Source of the DNA: Candidatus Omnitrophota bacterium
GTDB lineage: Bacteria > Omnitrophota > Gorgyraeia > B26-G9
Length of the DNA: 64,000 nucleotides
Assembly: GCA_018817165.1 (NCBI GenBank)
Contig: JAHITY010000128.1
Coordinates: 5,161-69,160, forward strand
Direction: 5' to 3'
Shown: piece by piece, positions 51,197 to 60,777 of the stretch
Layout of the letters: each line of letters starts with the position of its first letter
Numbering within the stretch: position 1 is the stretch's first letter
The notes under the pieces: generated by a model
Seen by the model: only the letters and a program-made list of their open reading frames with translations
The model's database searches: none
Told to the model about the DNA's origin: nothing
Translations under genes and position numbers: made by a program

Positions 51197-52276
51197 ATGC
51201 TAAAAAAATTAAATCCCCTTATGCTCGGAGATCTAAAAGTTAACGTACCGATAGTTCAAGGGGGAATGGGAGTTGCTGTTTCAACCGCTTCTTTAGCAAG
51301 TGCAGTTGCCACTTATGGTGGAGCAGGAACAATAGCCAGTGTAGGGTTGGGGTATAATTCAATAGAAAACGAAACTAATTTTGTTAAAGCTTCCCGTGAA
51401 GGTTTGGAGAAAGAAATTCGCCAGGCTAAAAAAATGACTACAGGAGTAGTGGGAGTTAATATACTTGTTGCAGTTACTAACTACGAGGACTTAGCGAGAA
51501 CAGCAGCAAAAGAAAAAGCCGATTTTATAGTTTCCGGTGCTGGGTTGCCGATTAAATTGCCCGAGTTTGTTGAAGGAACATCGATTAAGATTATTCCAAT
51601 CATTTCTTCTCCAAGAGCGGCGGCATTAATTATAAAAACCTGGAAGAAAAGATATAATCGCTTGCCTGACGCAATTGTCGTTGAAGGTCCCATGGCTGGA
51701 GGACATCTTGGCTTTAGTTTCGAAGAGCTTATTTCACCCAAGGAACATGTATTAGAATCAATGGTCAGTGAAGTTTTGAAAATAGTAGCTGAATTTGAAA
51801 AAGAGTACAAGCAGAAGATTCCAGTTATCGCTGCTGGGGGAATATATACTGGTGAGGATGCGGCTAGATTTTTTAAATTGGGAGTTAGCGCGATACAAAT
51901 GGCTACTCGGTTTGTCGCAACAGAAGAATGTTCGGTTTCTGATGAATTTAAGAAATTATATATCGAATCCACTGAAGCTGATATCGAGATTATTAAAAGT
52001 CCGGTGGGCATGCCGGGAAGATCACTTAGGACGGCATTGATTGAAAGAGTTGTTGGTGGTAAAAAAGAATCGGTCAAATGCGGATATAGGTGTTTAAAAA
52101 CTTGTGATCCGTCAACAGTACCTTATTGTATCGCTAAGGCATTATTCAATGCGGTTATTGGGAAAATCGACGATGCTGTTGTCTTTGCTGGTAGTAATGT
52201 ACATAGAATTAAAAAAATAATTACAGTAAAAGAGCTCATGGATGAGATTGTAAATGATGCTCTTGCTGCCCTTTAA
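51197..52276 (+). CDS. NPD-family FMN oxidoreductase (nitronate monooxygenase / FabK-like)
   Basis: GGMGVAVSTASLASAVATYGGAGTIAS, AAGGIYTGEDAA. TIM-barrel flavoprotein pattern. Confidence 0.6.
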   Translation: MLKKLNPLMLGDLKVNVPIVQGGMGVAVSTASLASAVATYGGAGTIASVGLGYNSIENETNFVKASREGLEKEIRQAKKMTTGVVGVNILVAVTNYEDLARTAAKEKADFIVSGAGLPIKLPEFVEGTSIKIIPIISSPRAAALIIKTWKKRYNRLPDAIVVEGPMAGGHLGFSFEELISPKEHVLESMVSEVLKIVAEFEKEYKQKIPVIAAGGIYTGEDAARFFKLGVSAIQMATRFVATEECSVSDEFKKLYIESTEADIEIIKSPVGMPGRSLRTALIERVVGGKKESVKCGYRCLKTCDPSTVPYCIAKALFNAVIGKIDDAVVFAGSNVHRIKKIITVKELMDEIVNDALAAL

Positions 52277-52416
52277 GTTAAAACATTTTAGAATATGTTA
52301 ATGGAATCATCTCCGATACGCCTCTTGTAAATCACCCAATTTATGGTATACTTAAACGTCCTAAATAATACTTGTCTGGGATTTTTTAATCCGAGTGAAA
52401 AAAGAAAAGGCGCCTG

Positions 52417-52800
52417 ATGGTAGATGAGAGAAGAAAACATATGCGTTTTAATACCGATATTAATGGTGAATTTCAGGTTAGGAATAATGATATTCAGGGA
52501 GTTTTAAGTACGGATAATTTTAGCAGAGGCGGATTTAAAGCTACTATAAATAAAAAAGTAGATTTAGGCCAAACGCTTGAATGTGAAATGATATTTCCAG
52601 ACACAATTATGCCGTTTTTTTCAGCTGGAAAAGTTGTCTGGGTAAAAGAGAACAATACTAATTCAAAACGCGAATATGATATAGGTATTCATTTAGATCA
52701 AATTGATCCTGTTGAAAAACAATGTCTTATAGATTATTGCTATAAAAAATGGAATGATTCAAGACAGGATAATAAGACAGAATTTGAATTGGATTTATAA
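52417..52800 (+). CDS. PilZ domain protein (c-di-GMP receptor)
   Basis: RRKHMRF (RxxxR) and DNFSRGGF (D/NxSxxG) motifs with canonical spacing. Confidence 0.7.
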   Translation: MVDERRKHMRFNTDINGEFQVRNNDIQGVLSTDNFSRGGFKATINKKVDLGQTLECEMIFPDTIMPFFSAGKVVWVKENNTNSKREYDIGIHLDQIDPVEKQCLIDYCYKKWNDSRQDNKTEFELDL

Positions 52801-53045
52801 TTTTCATTACAATTGATTTAAAAGATCATGTTTTATTCCTGCATACGGTTTTATGCGAAATTAAATCCTTCAAATAAATAATAGAGGAATTCGGCTGATT
52901 CCCAAATAATGTTTTATTTTTAATTTAATATTTTGTGTGGTTTCAAATTAAGCTATCAATCACGGTTGACTCTTGAATATATCTACTGAGGTAGCGGATT
53001 GCAACTAAAGCTGTAAATCAGTAGGATATCCAGGGAAAAGTCTTT

Positions 53046-53078
53046 AATAACGTTTAATTAAAACGTTATTTTTTTTTG
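53046..53078 (+). terminator. Orphan strong intrinsic terminator in a 550-nt intergenic gap
   Basis: AATAACGTTT-AATTA-AAACGTTATT followed by T9. Confidence 0.6.
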
Positions 53079-53410
53079 CGCAGAGGAGCTTGTGTCTATC
53101 CCAATTAGAAGCTAAACCTTCTTTTATCAGCAGTGGTTCTTAATTTGTTCGGGCTGTAATTATAATTATAGAGCTATTTTTAAACCCTTTAGAATTTATA
53201 AGTTAGTTATAATGTAATAAGTTTTTAAATTTTGAATGCAAGATAGTATGTTTTTGTTTTTGAAAAGTGAAGTTGTTTTTTTTAAGAAGATGGTATAATA
53301 TGAAAGAATCATATATGTAATGAATATATTTATTTGCTGGAATGGCTATAGGTTAGGTGACTTTATATTTGATTGAAAGAAGTTGCTTTATTTTACAAGG
53401 AGGAGTTAAG

Positions 53411-55834
53411 GTGAATCGTTATTTATGTGTGCATGGGCATTTTTATCAGCCGCCCAGAGAAAATCCTTGGTTAGCGGAAATAGAAATTCAGGATTCAGCT
53501 TATCCTTACCATGATTGGAATGAAAGAATAACAATTGAATGCTATGCGCCTAATGGGGCTTCAAGGATCTTAGCTAAGGAAGATAAGATCCTTAATATTG
53601 TTAATAATTACGCAAAGATAAGTTTTAATTTTGGGCCAACGCTTCTTTCTTGGATGGAAAAAAATAGGCCTGATAATTACCAGTCTATTTTAACTGCAGA
53701 TACACAGAGTAAAGAAAACTTTGGCGGCCATGGAGCAGCAATTGCTCAGGTATATAATCATATGATAATGCCGCTAGCCAACAGCCGTGATAAACTTACT
53801 CAAATATTATGGGGAATAAAAGATTTTGTTCATAGATTTGACCGTTTTCCTGAAGGCATGTGGTTAGCTGAAACAGCAGTTGATTTTGAAAGCCTCGATA
53901 TCATGGCACAGCAAGGAATTAAATTCACTATACTTTCCCCTTATCAGGCTCGCAGCTTTAGAAAAATGGGAACAGAATATTGGCAGGACGCCACTGGCGG
54001 AAAGATTGATCCGAAAAAAGCCTATCTTTGTAAACTGTCAACTGGTAGAGAAATCAGTATTTTTTTCTATGATGGGCCTGTTTCGCAGGAAACGGCTTTT
54101 GGTGATTTATTGAAAAGCGGAGTAAAATTCGCAAACAGATTAGTCGGGACTTTCGCCTCAGACGGCGATTCCCCGCAGCTTGTGCATATTGCGACCGATG
54201 GGGAAACCTATGGGCATCATCATAATTATGGTGAAATGGCTTTGGCTTACGGCTATTCTCATATAATTGACAATAACCTTGCGAAAATAACCATATATGG
54301 TCAATATTTAGAGAAATTTCCTCCGAAAGATGAGGTTCAAATCATTGAAGGTTCTTCGTGGAGCTGCTTTCATGGAGTGCAGAGGTGGCATTCTGATTGT
54401 GGTTGCAATGTAAATACAAACTCTGCTTGGAACCAGAAATGGCGGACTCCTTTGCGCCAGGCAATGGATTGGCTGCGGGATAATCTGATAAAAATATATG
54501 AAAAGGAAATGTCAAAATATACATCAGATTGCTGGAAAGCGCGCAATGCATACATATCTGTACTGCTTAACCGTACCTCGGAAAATATAACAAGTTTTAT
54601 CGCGGACAATTTCAATAAGGATTTAGCGGAAGAAGAAAAAAATAATTTATTAAAAATGCTGGAAATGCAGCATCATGCAATGCTGATGTATACTAGCTGT
54701 GGTTGGTTTTTTGATGACTTATCAGGCATAGAAACTATCCAGGTAATTCAATACGCTTGTCGGGCGATTCAACTGGCAAAAGAAGTTAGCGGTCTTGATT
54801 TAGAACAGGGATATCTGGAAATATTAAAAGAAGCAAAGAGCAATATAGTTGAATATGAAGACGGGTTAAGAATATACAATAAAATAATCAAGCCTACTTG
54901 TTTGGATCTAAAAAGAGTTGCCGCCCATTACGCGGTTTCTTCAATCTTTCATGACTATGAAAGCGAAGATAAAGTTTATTCTTATGAAGTTAAAAGCCTT
55001 GAACACGAAAAAACGCGAGGCGGCAAACAGCAACTGGTTATGGGCGCAGTAAAAATTATTTCTCAAGTAACTCTTGAACAAGATGAATTCAGCTATGCCA
55101 TATTGCATTTAGGCGATCATATTATTTTTGGCGGAATCACTGAAGCGCTAAACACGAATATTTTTTCAGAGATGCGTAATGATATAAGTCTGGCTTTTGA
55201 AAAAAGCGATGTTCCGAAAATAATTACATTACTTGATCAATATTTCGGAAATCATGATTGCTCAATAGCAAGCCTGTTTAAAGACGACCGGAGACAGGTT
55301 ATGAATAAAATATTAGGGACTGCGCTTAATGAAATAGAAACATCGTTTAGACATATAAAAGAAGATAATTATTCGATTATGATGGCAATGAAAGAAAACG
55401 GCATGCCTATGCCAAATGTTTTCTTAAACACATTTGGATTTATTTTTAATACAGACATTAGAAAAATTTTAGAAGCTGAGCATGTAGAAATAAAAAGCCT
55501 TATTGAAACAGTAAAACAAGTAAAGCTCTGGGGTCTTAAGATCGATAAACAGACAATTGGTTTTATAGCCAGTAAGCGGATAACCAAATTGATGGAAGAA
55601 TTCAAGGTGAATCCTAAGGATATTATGTTGATGAAAACAATTGAAAATATTTTCAAGGTTCTTAGACCTTTGGATCTGCCCTTGCGCGTATGGGAAGCTC
55701 AGAATATATATTTTTCTATAAGAAAAGAACAGTTTGACCGGATGAACGCAAAATCAAAACAAGACGATAAAGAAGCAACAAGATGGTGTGCGAACTTCAA
55801 TGCTTTAGGGAATATGCTTTCAATCAGAGGTTAA
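53411..55834 (+). CDS. Glycoside hydrolase family 57 protein (alpha-glucan processing)
   Basis: N-terminal CVHGHFYQPPRENPW, the GH57 hallmark. GTG 53411 with SD AAGGAGG is preferred over the track start GTG 53357. Confidence 0.85.
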   Translation: MNRYLCVHGHFYQPPRENPWLAEIEIQDSAYPYHDWNERITIECYAPNGASRILAKEDKILNIVNNYAKISFNFGPTLLSWMEKNRPDNYQSILTADTQSKENFGGHGAAIAQVYNHMIMPLANSRDKLTQILWGIKDFVHRFDRFPEGMWLAETAVDFESLDIMAQQGIKFTILSPYQARSFRKMGTEYWQDATGGKIDPKKAYLCKLSTGREISIFFYDGPVSQETAFGDLLKSGVKFANRLVGTFASDGDSPQLVHIATDGETYGHHHNYGEMALAYGYSHIIDNNLAKITIYGQYLEKFPPKDEVQIIEGSSWSCFHGVQRWHSDCGCNVNTNSAWNQKWRTPLRQAMDWLRDNLIKIYEKEMSKYTSDCWKARNAYISVLLNRTSENITSFIADNFNKDLAEEEKNNLLKMLEMQHHAMLMYTSCGWFFDDLSGIETIQVIQYACRAIQLAKEVSGLDLEQGYLEILKEAKSNIVEYEDGLRIYNKIIKPTCLDLKRVAAHYAVSSIFHDYESEDKVYSYEVKSLEHEKTRGGKQQLVMGAVKIISQVTLEQDEFSYAILHLGDHIIFGGITEALNTNIFSEMRNDISLAFEKSDVPKIITLLDQYFGNHDCSIASLFKDDRRQVMNKILGTALNEIETSFRHIKEDNYSIMMAMKENGMPMPNVFLNTFGFIFNTDIRKILEAEHVEIKSLIETVKQVKLWGLKIDKQTIGFIASKRITKLMEEFKVNPKDIMLMKTIENIFKVLRPLDLPLRVWEAQNIYFSIRKEQFDRMNAKSKQDDKEATRWCANFNALGNMLSIRG

Positions 55835-55869
55835 ATAATATTTGAATAACTAAAATTTCAGGGGGAGTA

Positions 55870-57363
55870 ATGCTTAAAAGGGGAAGTGGATTATTATTGC
55901 ATATTAGTTGTTTAAGCTCAAAGTTTGGAATTGGTGATATCGGTCCTAAAGCATTTGAGTTTATTGATTACTTAGAAAAAACAAAACAAAGTTATTGGCA
56001 AATCTTACCGCTTAATCCTACAGATCTAATCAGTGGAAACTCTCCGTATAGCAGTGCGTCTGCATTTGCGTCAAACTCATTATTGATAAGTCCCGAGTTT
56101 ATGTTTAATGAGGGATTAATTAAAGAAAAAGATTTAGAAGTTTTTGCGGGAATTGCTCAAGATAAGGTTGATTATCAGGCTGTTACTAATGCTAAATCAA
56201 GAATTTTCGCAAAAGCTTTTGAGCGATTTAAGGTGATTGGGCTTGATGATAATTTTAAAAATTTCTGCAAAGATAATGCTGTTTGGCTGAATGACTTTGC
56301 TGATTTCATGGTTTTTAAATCCCATTTTGAGCAAAAATGTTGGTGTGAATGGCCAATTGAAATCAGAGACCGCAATCAGCAAGCCATGCAGGAATTAAGA
56401 GAAAGCAAGGCAGACGGCATATTAAAAGAAAAATTTCTTCAGTTTCTGTTTTATAAACAATGGAACAATTTAAAAAAATATGCTAAACAAAAAAATGTGC
56501 GAATAATCGGCGACATTCCAATCTATGTGACCTACGACAGTGTGGATGTTTGGACAAATTCGGAAATTTTCAAACTTAATCAGGATAAAAAACTTGAGTT
56601 TTTGGCAGGAGTCCCGCCAGATTATTTTAGTAAAACCGGACAATTATGGGGTAATCCGGTGTATGATTGGGATAAATTAAAAGAACTGGATTATGCTTGG
56701 TGGATGCAAAGAATTGAGCATAATCTTAAACTTTTCGATTTGATCAGAATTGATCATTTTCGGGGGTTTGTTGATTTCTGGCAGGTGCCTGCAGGCGAGG
56801 AAACAGCAATAAATGGTTGTTGGGTTAATGCTCCGGCAAGGGACTTTTTCAGCAAGCTAATAAATAAATTTCCGAACCTACCGATCTTAGCTGAAGACCT
56901 GGGAATCATAACCGACGAAGTTAGAAATACAATGAAAGACTTTTCTTTTGCGGGAATGAAGATACTTTTATTTGCTTTTTATGAAGATTTAATAAAACAT
57001 CCTTATTTGCCGCATAACTATATTGAAAATTGCGTAGCATATACAGGAACTCATGATAATAATACATTAAGAGGATGGTTTGAGCACGAACTGTCATCTG
57101 AAGACAGAAAAAGACTGTTTGAATATCTAAAGGTAGAGGTTTCTGTTGAGGACTTAAATTGGGTTTTAATCAAGCTTTTAATGGATTCTATGGCAAATCT
57201 GGTAATCATCCCGGTTCAGGATATATTAAATCTGGGGCAAGAACACAGAATGAATGTTCCTGGTATTGCGCATAATAATTGGCAATGGAGGATAAATTGT
57301 GAATATATTGGGGATAATATTGATGAAAATCTATTTGAGCTAACTGTAAAATCAGGCAGATAA
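55870..57363 (+). CDS. malQ: 4-alpha-glucanotransferase (amylomaltase, GH77)
   Basis: RGSGLLLHISCLSSKFGIGDIG...SYWQILPLNPT N-terminal signature. 497 aa. Confidence 0.9.
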   Translation: MLKRGSGLLLHISCLSSKFGIGDIGPKAFEFIDYLEKTKQSYWQILPLNPTDLISGNSPYSSASAFASNSLLISPEFMFNEGLIKEKDLEVFAGIAQDKVDYQAVTNAKSRIFAKAFERFKVIGLDDNFKNFCKDNAVWLNDFADFMVFKSHFEQKCWCEWPIEIRDRNQQAMQELRESKADGILKEKFLQFLFYKQWNNLKKYAKQKNVRIIGDIPIYVTYDSVDVWTNSEIFKLNQDKKLEFLAGVPPDYFSKTGQLWGNPVYDWDKLKELDYAWWMQRIEHNLKLFDLIRIDHFRGFVDFWQVPAGEETAINGCWVNAPARDFFSKLINKFPNLPILAEDLGIITDEVRNTMKDFSFAGMKILLFAFYEDLIKHPYLPHNYIENCVAYTGTHDNNTLRGWFEHELSSEDRKRLFEYLKVEVSVEDLNWVLIKLLMDSMANLVIIPVQDILNLGQEHRMNVPGIAHNNWQWRINCEYIGDNIDENLFELTVKSGR

Positions 57364-57767
57364 AAGACTTATAGTTATCAACTCTTTATAAAAAAATTCG
57401 GTTTAAAATTGCAATAATTTTATTCTTGTGGTATAATTAATAAGATTTAAAAAGATATAAATAAGATTCATTAATTAAAGGAAAATATGCGAGAGGCTAG
57501 AAAAAAAATAAATTCTGATTTTTCTAAATCTACGTTTGTGTATTGTTTTCATAAAGATACATTTTCTAAAGTTGCCTATATGGTTTTAATTTGTTATTTA
57601 TTTTTTATTTCTATTATTATGTTTGTTGATGCTATAAAATAAAAAATCTTTTCCTCAGATCATCCTCGGGTTTATATTCAATTCAGTCTGCCAGCAAGAA
57701 AACTATAATAATATATTAGTCAAAGTTTTGCTGGACATAGACAGTCAGTGTACTATAATACCTCTTT

Positions 57768-59021
57768 ATGGAGAAGATTATAACTGTTACTGTAAATATT
57801 ACTGATAAGAAACATATTGTTGATGATTGGTCTTTAGAACAATCAGCGCAGGAGCTTGCACTTTTAATTGGTACGGTAAAAGGGGAAGTTGTTGGGCAAA
57901 TGCTTGCTAATCGAAAAAGTCCAACACCGTTTTCCTATTTAGGTAAAGGCAAGGTTGAAGAACTAGCGGAATTGGTTAAGGAATCTAATGCGCAAACCAT
58001 TGTTTTTAATAATGATTTAACTCCTACCCAGCAGCATAATCTTGAACAAATAATCGGGATTAAAGTAATTGATCGTACCCAATTAATTCTGGATATATTT
58101 GCGCGGCACGCAAGAAGCAGTGAGGGAAAGGTTCAAGTGGAGCTTGCTCAGCTGCAATATCTTCTGCCCCGTTTGTCCGGGAAAGGGGTTGTTTTGTCAA
58201 GATTGGGCGGGGGTATCGGGACTCGCGGTCCAGGTGAACAAAAGCTTGAAATTGACAGACGCCGGATTCGGACTAAGATCGATCGACTAAAAAAAGAGAT
58301 TAAAATCCTGAGTCAAAGGCGTTTACAGTTAAGAAAAAGACGACTGGATAATTCTTTGGCAACAGTGGCTTTGGTTGGATACACTAATGCGGGTAAATCA
58401 ACATTGCTAAACGCCTTAGCTGGCGCAAGTGTAAAAATGAAAAATGAAATGTTCAGCACTCTTGATCCAGTGACCAAACAAGTGGCTTTGCCTGGATGTA
58501 AATTGAAAATTCTTTTATCTGATACAGTTGGATTTTTGCATAAACTGCCGCATGATTTAATTGAAGCCTTTCAGGCAACGCTTGAAGCAGTAAAAGACGC
58601 GCAGTTAATAGTTATAGTTTTGGATGTTTCGGATGAGCTTGTTTATCAGCATAATGATGCTATTTGGGAAGTTTTAAGCGGGCTACAAGTTCACGACACT
58701 CCGGTTATCTATGCTTTCAATAAAACTGATCGTTTGGATGATCGCAGCATTATTGAGCGCCTAAAAAGAAAATTTAATCCCTGCGTAGCTGTATCAGCCA
58801 AAAACAATCTGAATATGGATAAGCTTTTAAAAGTTATTGAGGATTTATTGTTCAGCGAGTCTACGATCAGTGAATTCCATATTAAGCATGATCAAATGAA
58901 TATATTGAATGCTATTTACGAGCAAGGTAAGGTGCTTAGTTTTGAGCATTTGCCTGATGGTATTTCTCTGAAAGTAAGGCTGCCCGTGCAAATAGCAAAA
59001 AAGCTCTTGACAGAAATTTAA
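57768..59021 (+). CDS. hflX: GTPase HflX
   Basis: N-terminal HflX domain, G1 GYTNAGKST, G3 DTVGF, G4 NKTD. Confidence 0.9.
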   Translation: MEKIITVTVNITDKKHIVDDWSLEQSAQELALLIGTVKGEVVGQMLANRKSPTPFSYLGKGKVEELAELVKESNAQTIVFNNDLTPTQQHNLEQIIGIKVIDRTQLILDIFARHARSSEGKVQVELAQLQYLLPRLSGKGVVLSRLGGGIGTRGPGEQKLEIDRRRIRTKIDRLKKEIKILSQRRLQLRKRRLDNSLATVALVGYTNAGKSTLLNALAGASVKMKNEMFSTLDPVTKQVALPGCKLKILLSDTVGFLHKLPHDLIEAFQATLEAVKDAQLIVIVLDVSDELVYQHNDAIWEVLSGLQVHDTPVIYAFNKTDRLDDRSIIERLKRKFNPCVAVSAKNNLNMDKLLKVIEDLLFSESTISEFHIKHDQMNILNAIYEQGKVLSFEHLPDGISLKVRLPVQIAKKLLTEI

Positions 59022-59036
59022 GCTTTATGTTAATAT
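59005..59036 (+). promoter_or_regulatory. Sigma-70 promoter of the hrcA operon (TTGACA-18-TAATAT)
   Basis: TTGACA 59005..59010, TAATAT 59029..59034. It overlaps the hflX 3' end. Confidence 0.5.
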
Positions 59037-59037
59037 A

Positions 59038-59064
59038 TTAGCACTCCCACATAGAGAGTGCTAA
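59038..59064 (+). promoter_or_regulatory. CIRCE operator (HrcA binding site), perfect consensus
   Basis: TTAGCACTC-CCACATAGA-GAGTGCTAA. Confidence 0.92.
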
Positions 59065-59076
59065 AACGGAGAAGAT

Positions 59077-60129
59077 TTGAAAGTAGATGTAGAGCAGAGA
59101 AGAGAAACAATCTTAAGGATTGTAATTAATAACTATATTTCTACAGGTAGTCCTGTTAGTTCAAGAACTATATGTAATAAATATAAGATAGCTTTGTGTC
59201 CGGCTTCAGTGAGAAATGTATTAGCTGATTTAGAAGAGCAGGGAATGATAACTCATTTACACACATCAGCGGGCAGAATTCCCACGGATAAAGGCTATCG
59301 TTATTATGTTGACCGGCTGATTAAGTATTCTGGGCTTACGCCTCAGGAGCAAGGATTTATTAATAATGAGTATTTAAGTAAGCATATTGCTCTAGAAGAA
59401 GTAATGAGTAAGACATCTAAGTTATTATCGAGCATGACAAGCTATGCGGCAGTGGTGTCGCAGCCGGAAATCAATAGAACGGCTTTTAAACATATACAAT
59501 TTACTTTGTTGGATTCTAAAAAAGTTTGCGTGACTTTAATTGCCAATACGGGCATGACCAAAAGCACGGTAGTGCAGTTTGATTCACAAATTGATAAACA
59601 ACAGCTTGTGAGAATTCAGAATTTTATGAATGAGCAGCTGGAAGATGTTCCATTATCTCACGTAAAAACTAAATTGCGGAGGATGATGATCCAGCAAAGA
59701 GATTCTTTTTTTCAGGTTTTGCAGCAAGCTATTGATCTGGTTGATTTAAGTTCAATTATTGATGAAAGTAAGCGTTTTTATCTTGAAGGAATAAGTAATA
59801 TTCTTGATTTTCCTGATTTTGAAGATTCGGGGATGATTCGTTCTTTAATTAGAGTTTTAGATCAAAAAATCAGACTGGCGGATATGCTTAATGATATTAT
59901 AAGCGAGACTGATAGTGCAAAAAAAATAAGGGTTTTCATTGGGCAGGAAAATCCTTATGACATGGGAAATAATTGTACAATAATTATGAGCAGCTATGCG
60001 CTTGATGATAAAACCGTTGGCGGCTTGGGGATTATTGGCCCAAAACGTATGGATTATGGAAAAGCAATTGCCCTTGTCCGTTATGTTTCTGAGATGCTTA
60101 GCGAAGCTTTAAACCGATATAGTCTTTAA
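59077..60129 (+). CDS. hrcA: Heat-inducible transcription repressor HrcA
   Basis: 350 aa. N-terminal winged-helix (SSRTICNKY...SVRNVLADLEEQG). Operon position before grpE-dnaK. Confidence 0.9.
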   Translation: MKVDVEQRRETILRIVINNYISTGSPVSSRTICNKYKIALCPASVRNVLADLEEQGMITHLHTSAGRIPTDKGYRYYVDRLIKYSGLTPQEQGFINNEYLSKHIALEEVMSKTSKLLSSMTSYAAVVSQPEINRTAFKHIQFTLLDSKKVCVTLIANTGMTKSTVVQFDSQIDKQQLVRIQNFMNEQLEDVPLSHVKTKLRRMMIQQRDSFFQVLQQAIDLVDLSSIIDESKRFYLEGISNILDFPDFEDSGMIRSLIRVLDQKIRLADMLNDIISETDSAKKIRVFIGQENPYDMGNNCTIIMSSYALDDKTVGGLGIIGPKRMDYGKAIALVRYVSEMLSEALNRYSL

Positions 60130-60142
60130 GGAAAATTTTATT

Positions 60143-60730
60143 ATGAATAAAAAGAATAAGAATGAAATCAATGAGGAACTTGATCAGGAAGAAGGTGTAG
60201 CTAATGATCAGGAAAAAAATAATGATGAAAATGCGGAAGAACAAATAATCTCAATTCCTAAATCTGAATATGATCAATTGCTGCTTAGTCGTGACAATGC
60301 GGCTAAAGCTTTGGAGAAAATGCTTCGGATCCAGGCGGATTTTGAAAATTCAAGAAAACGTCTTGAGCGGGATAAGATTGATTTTATCAAATACGCGAAT
60401 GATCAAATAATCAGTCAATTGATTCCCTTTGTTGACGATTTTAAACGGGCTTTTGCTTCTGCGGATCAAACAAAGGACTTTAATGTTTTGCATAAAGGCG
60501 TTGAAATGATATTAAAGCATTTGCTTGATTTATTAAAAGAAAAAGGGGTCGTTGAAATCGAATCAGTGGGAAAAATGTTTGATCCGGCATTTCATGAAGC
60601 AATGCTGCAGGTTGAAACAGATGAGCATCCAGAGAACACAGTAGTCGAGGAGTTTCAAAAGGGATATCTTTTAAATGATCGGGTTTTAAGAGTGGCAAAA
60701 GTTAAAGTTGCTAAAGCTAAAGAAGAATAA
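60143..60730 (+). CDS. grpE: Nucleotide exchange factor GrpE
   Basis: ALEKMLRIQADFENSRKRLERD coiled coil and a C-terminal beta-domain. Confidence 0.9.
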   Translation: MNKKNKNEINEELDQEEGVANDQEKNNDENAEEQIISIPKSEYDQLLLSRDNAAKALEKMLRIQADFENSRKRLERDKIDFIKYANDQIISQLIPFVDDFKRAFASADQTKDFNVLHKGVEMILKHLLDLLKEKGVVEIESVGKMFDPAFHEAMLQVETDEHPENTVVEEFQKGYLLNDRVLRVAKVKVAKAKEE

Positions 60731-60777
60731 CAAGAACATAATCACAATTAAACTATAAAAATAGGGAGGTAGAAAAA

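Noticed and set aside
53357-53410. Upstream GTG start of the GH57 gene (MTLYLIERSCFILQGG...)
   Set aside because: There is no SD. The conserved GH57 N-terminus begins at VNRYLCVHGHF, and GTG 53411 has AAGGAGG 8 nt upstream.
57487-57642. 51-aa hydrophobic small ORF (MREARKKINSDFSKSTFVYCF...) between malQ and hflX
   Set aside because: Its AT-rich low-complexity composition and absence of a clear SD make it indistinguishable from a chance ORF.
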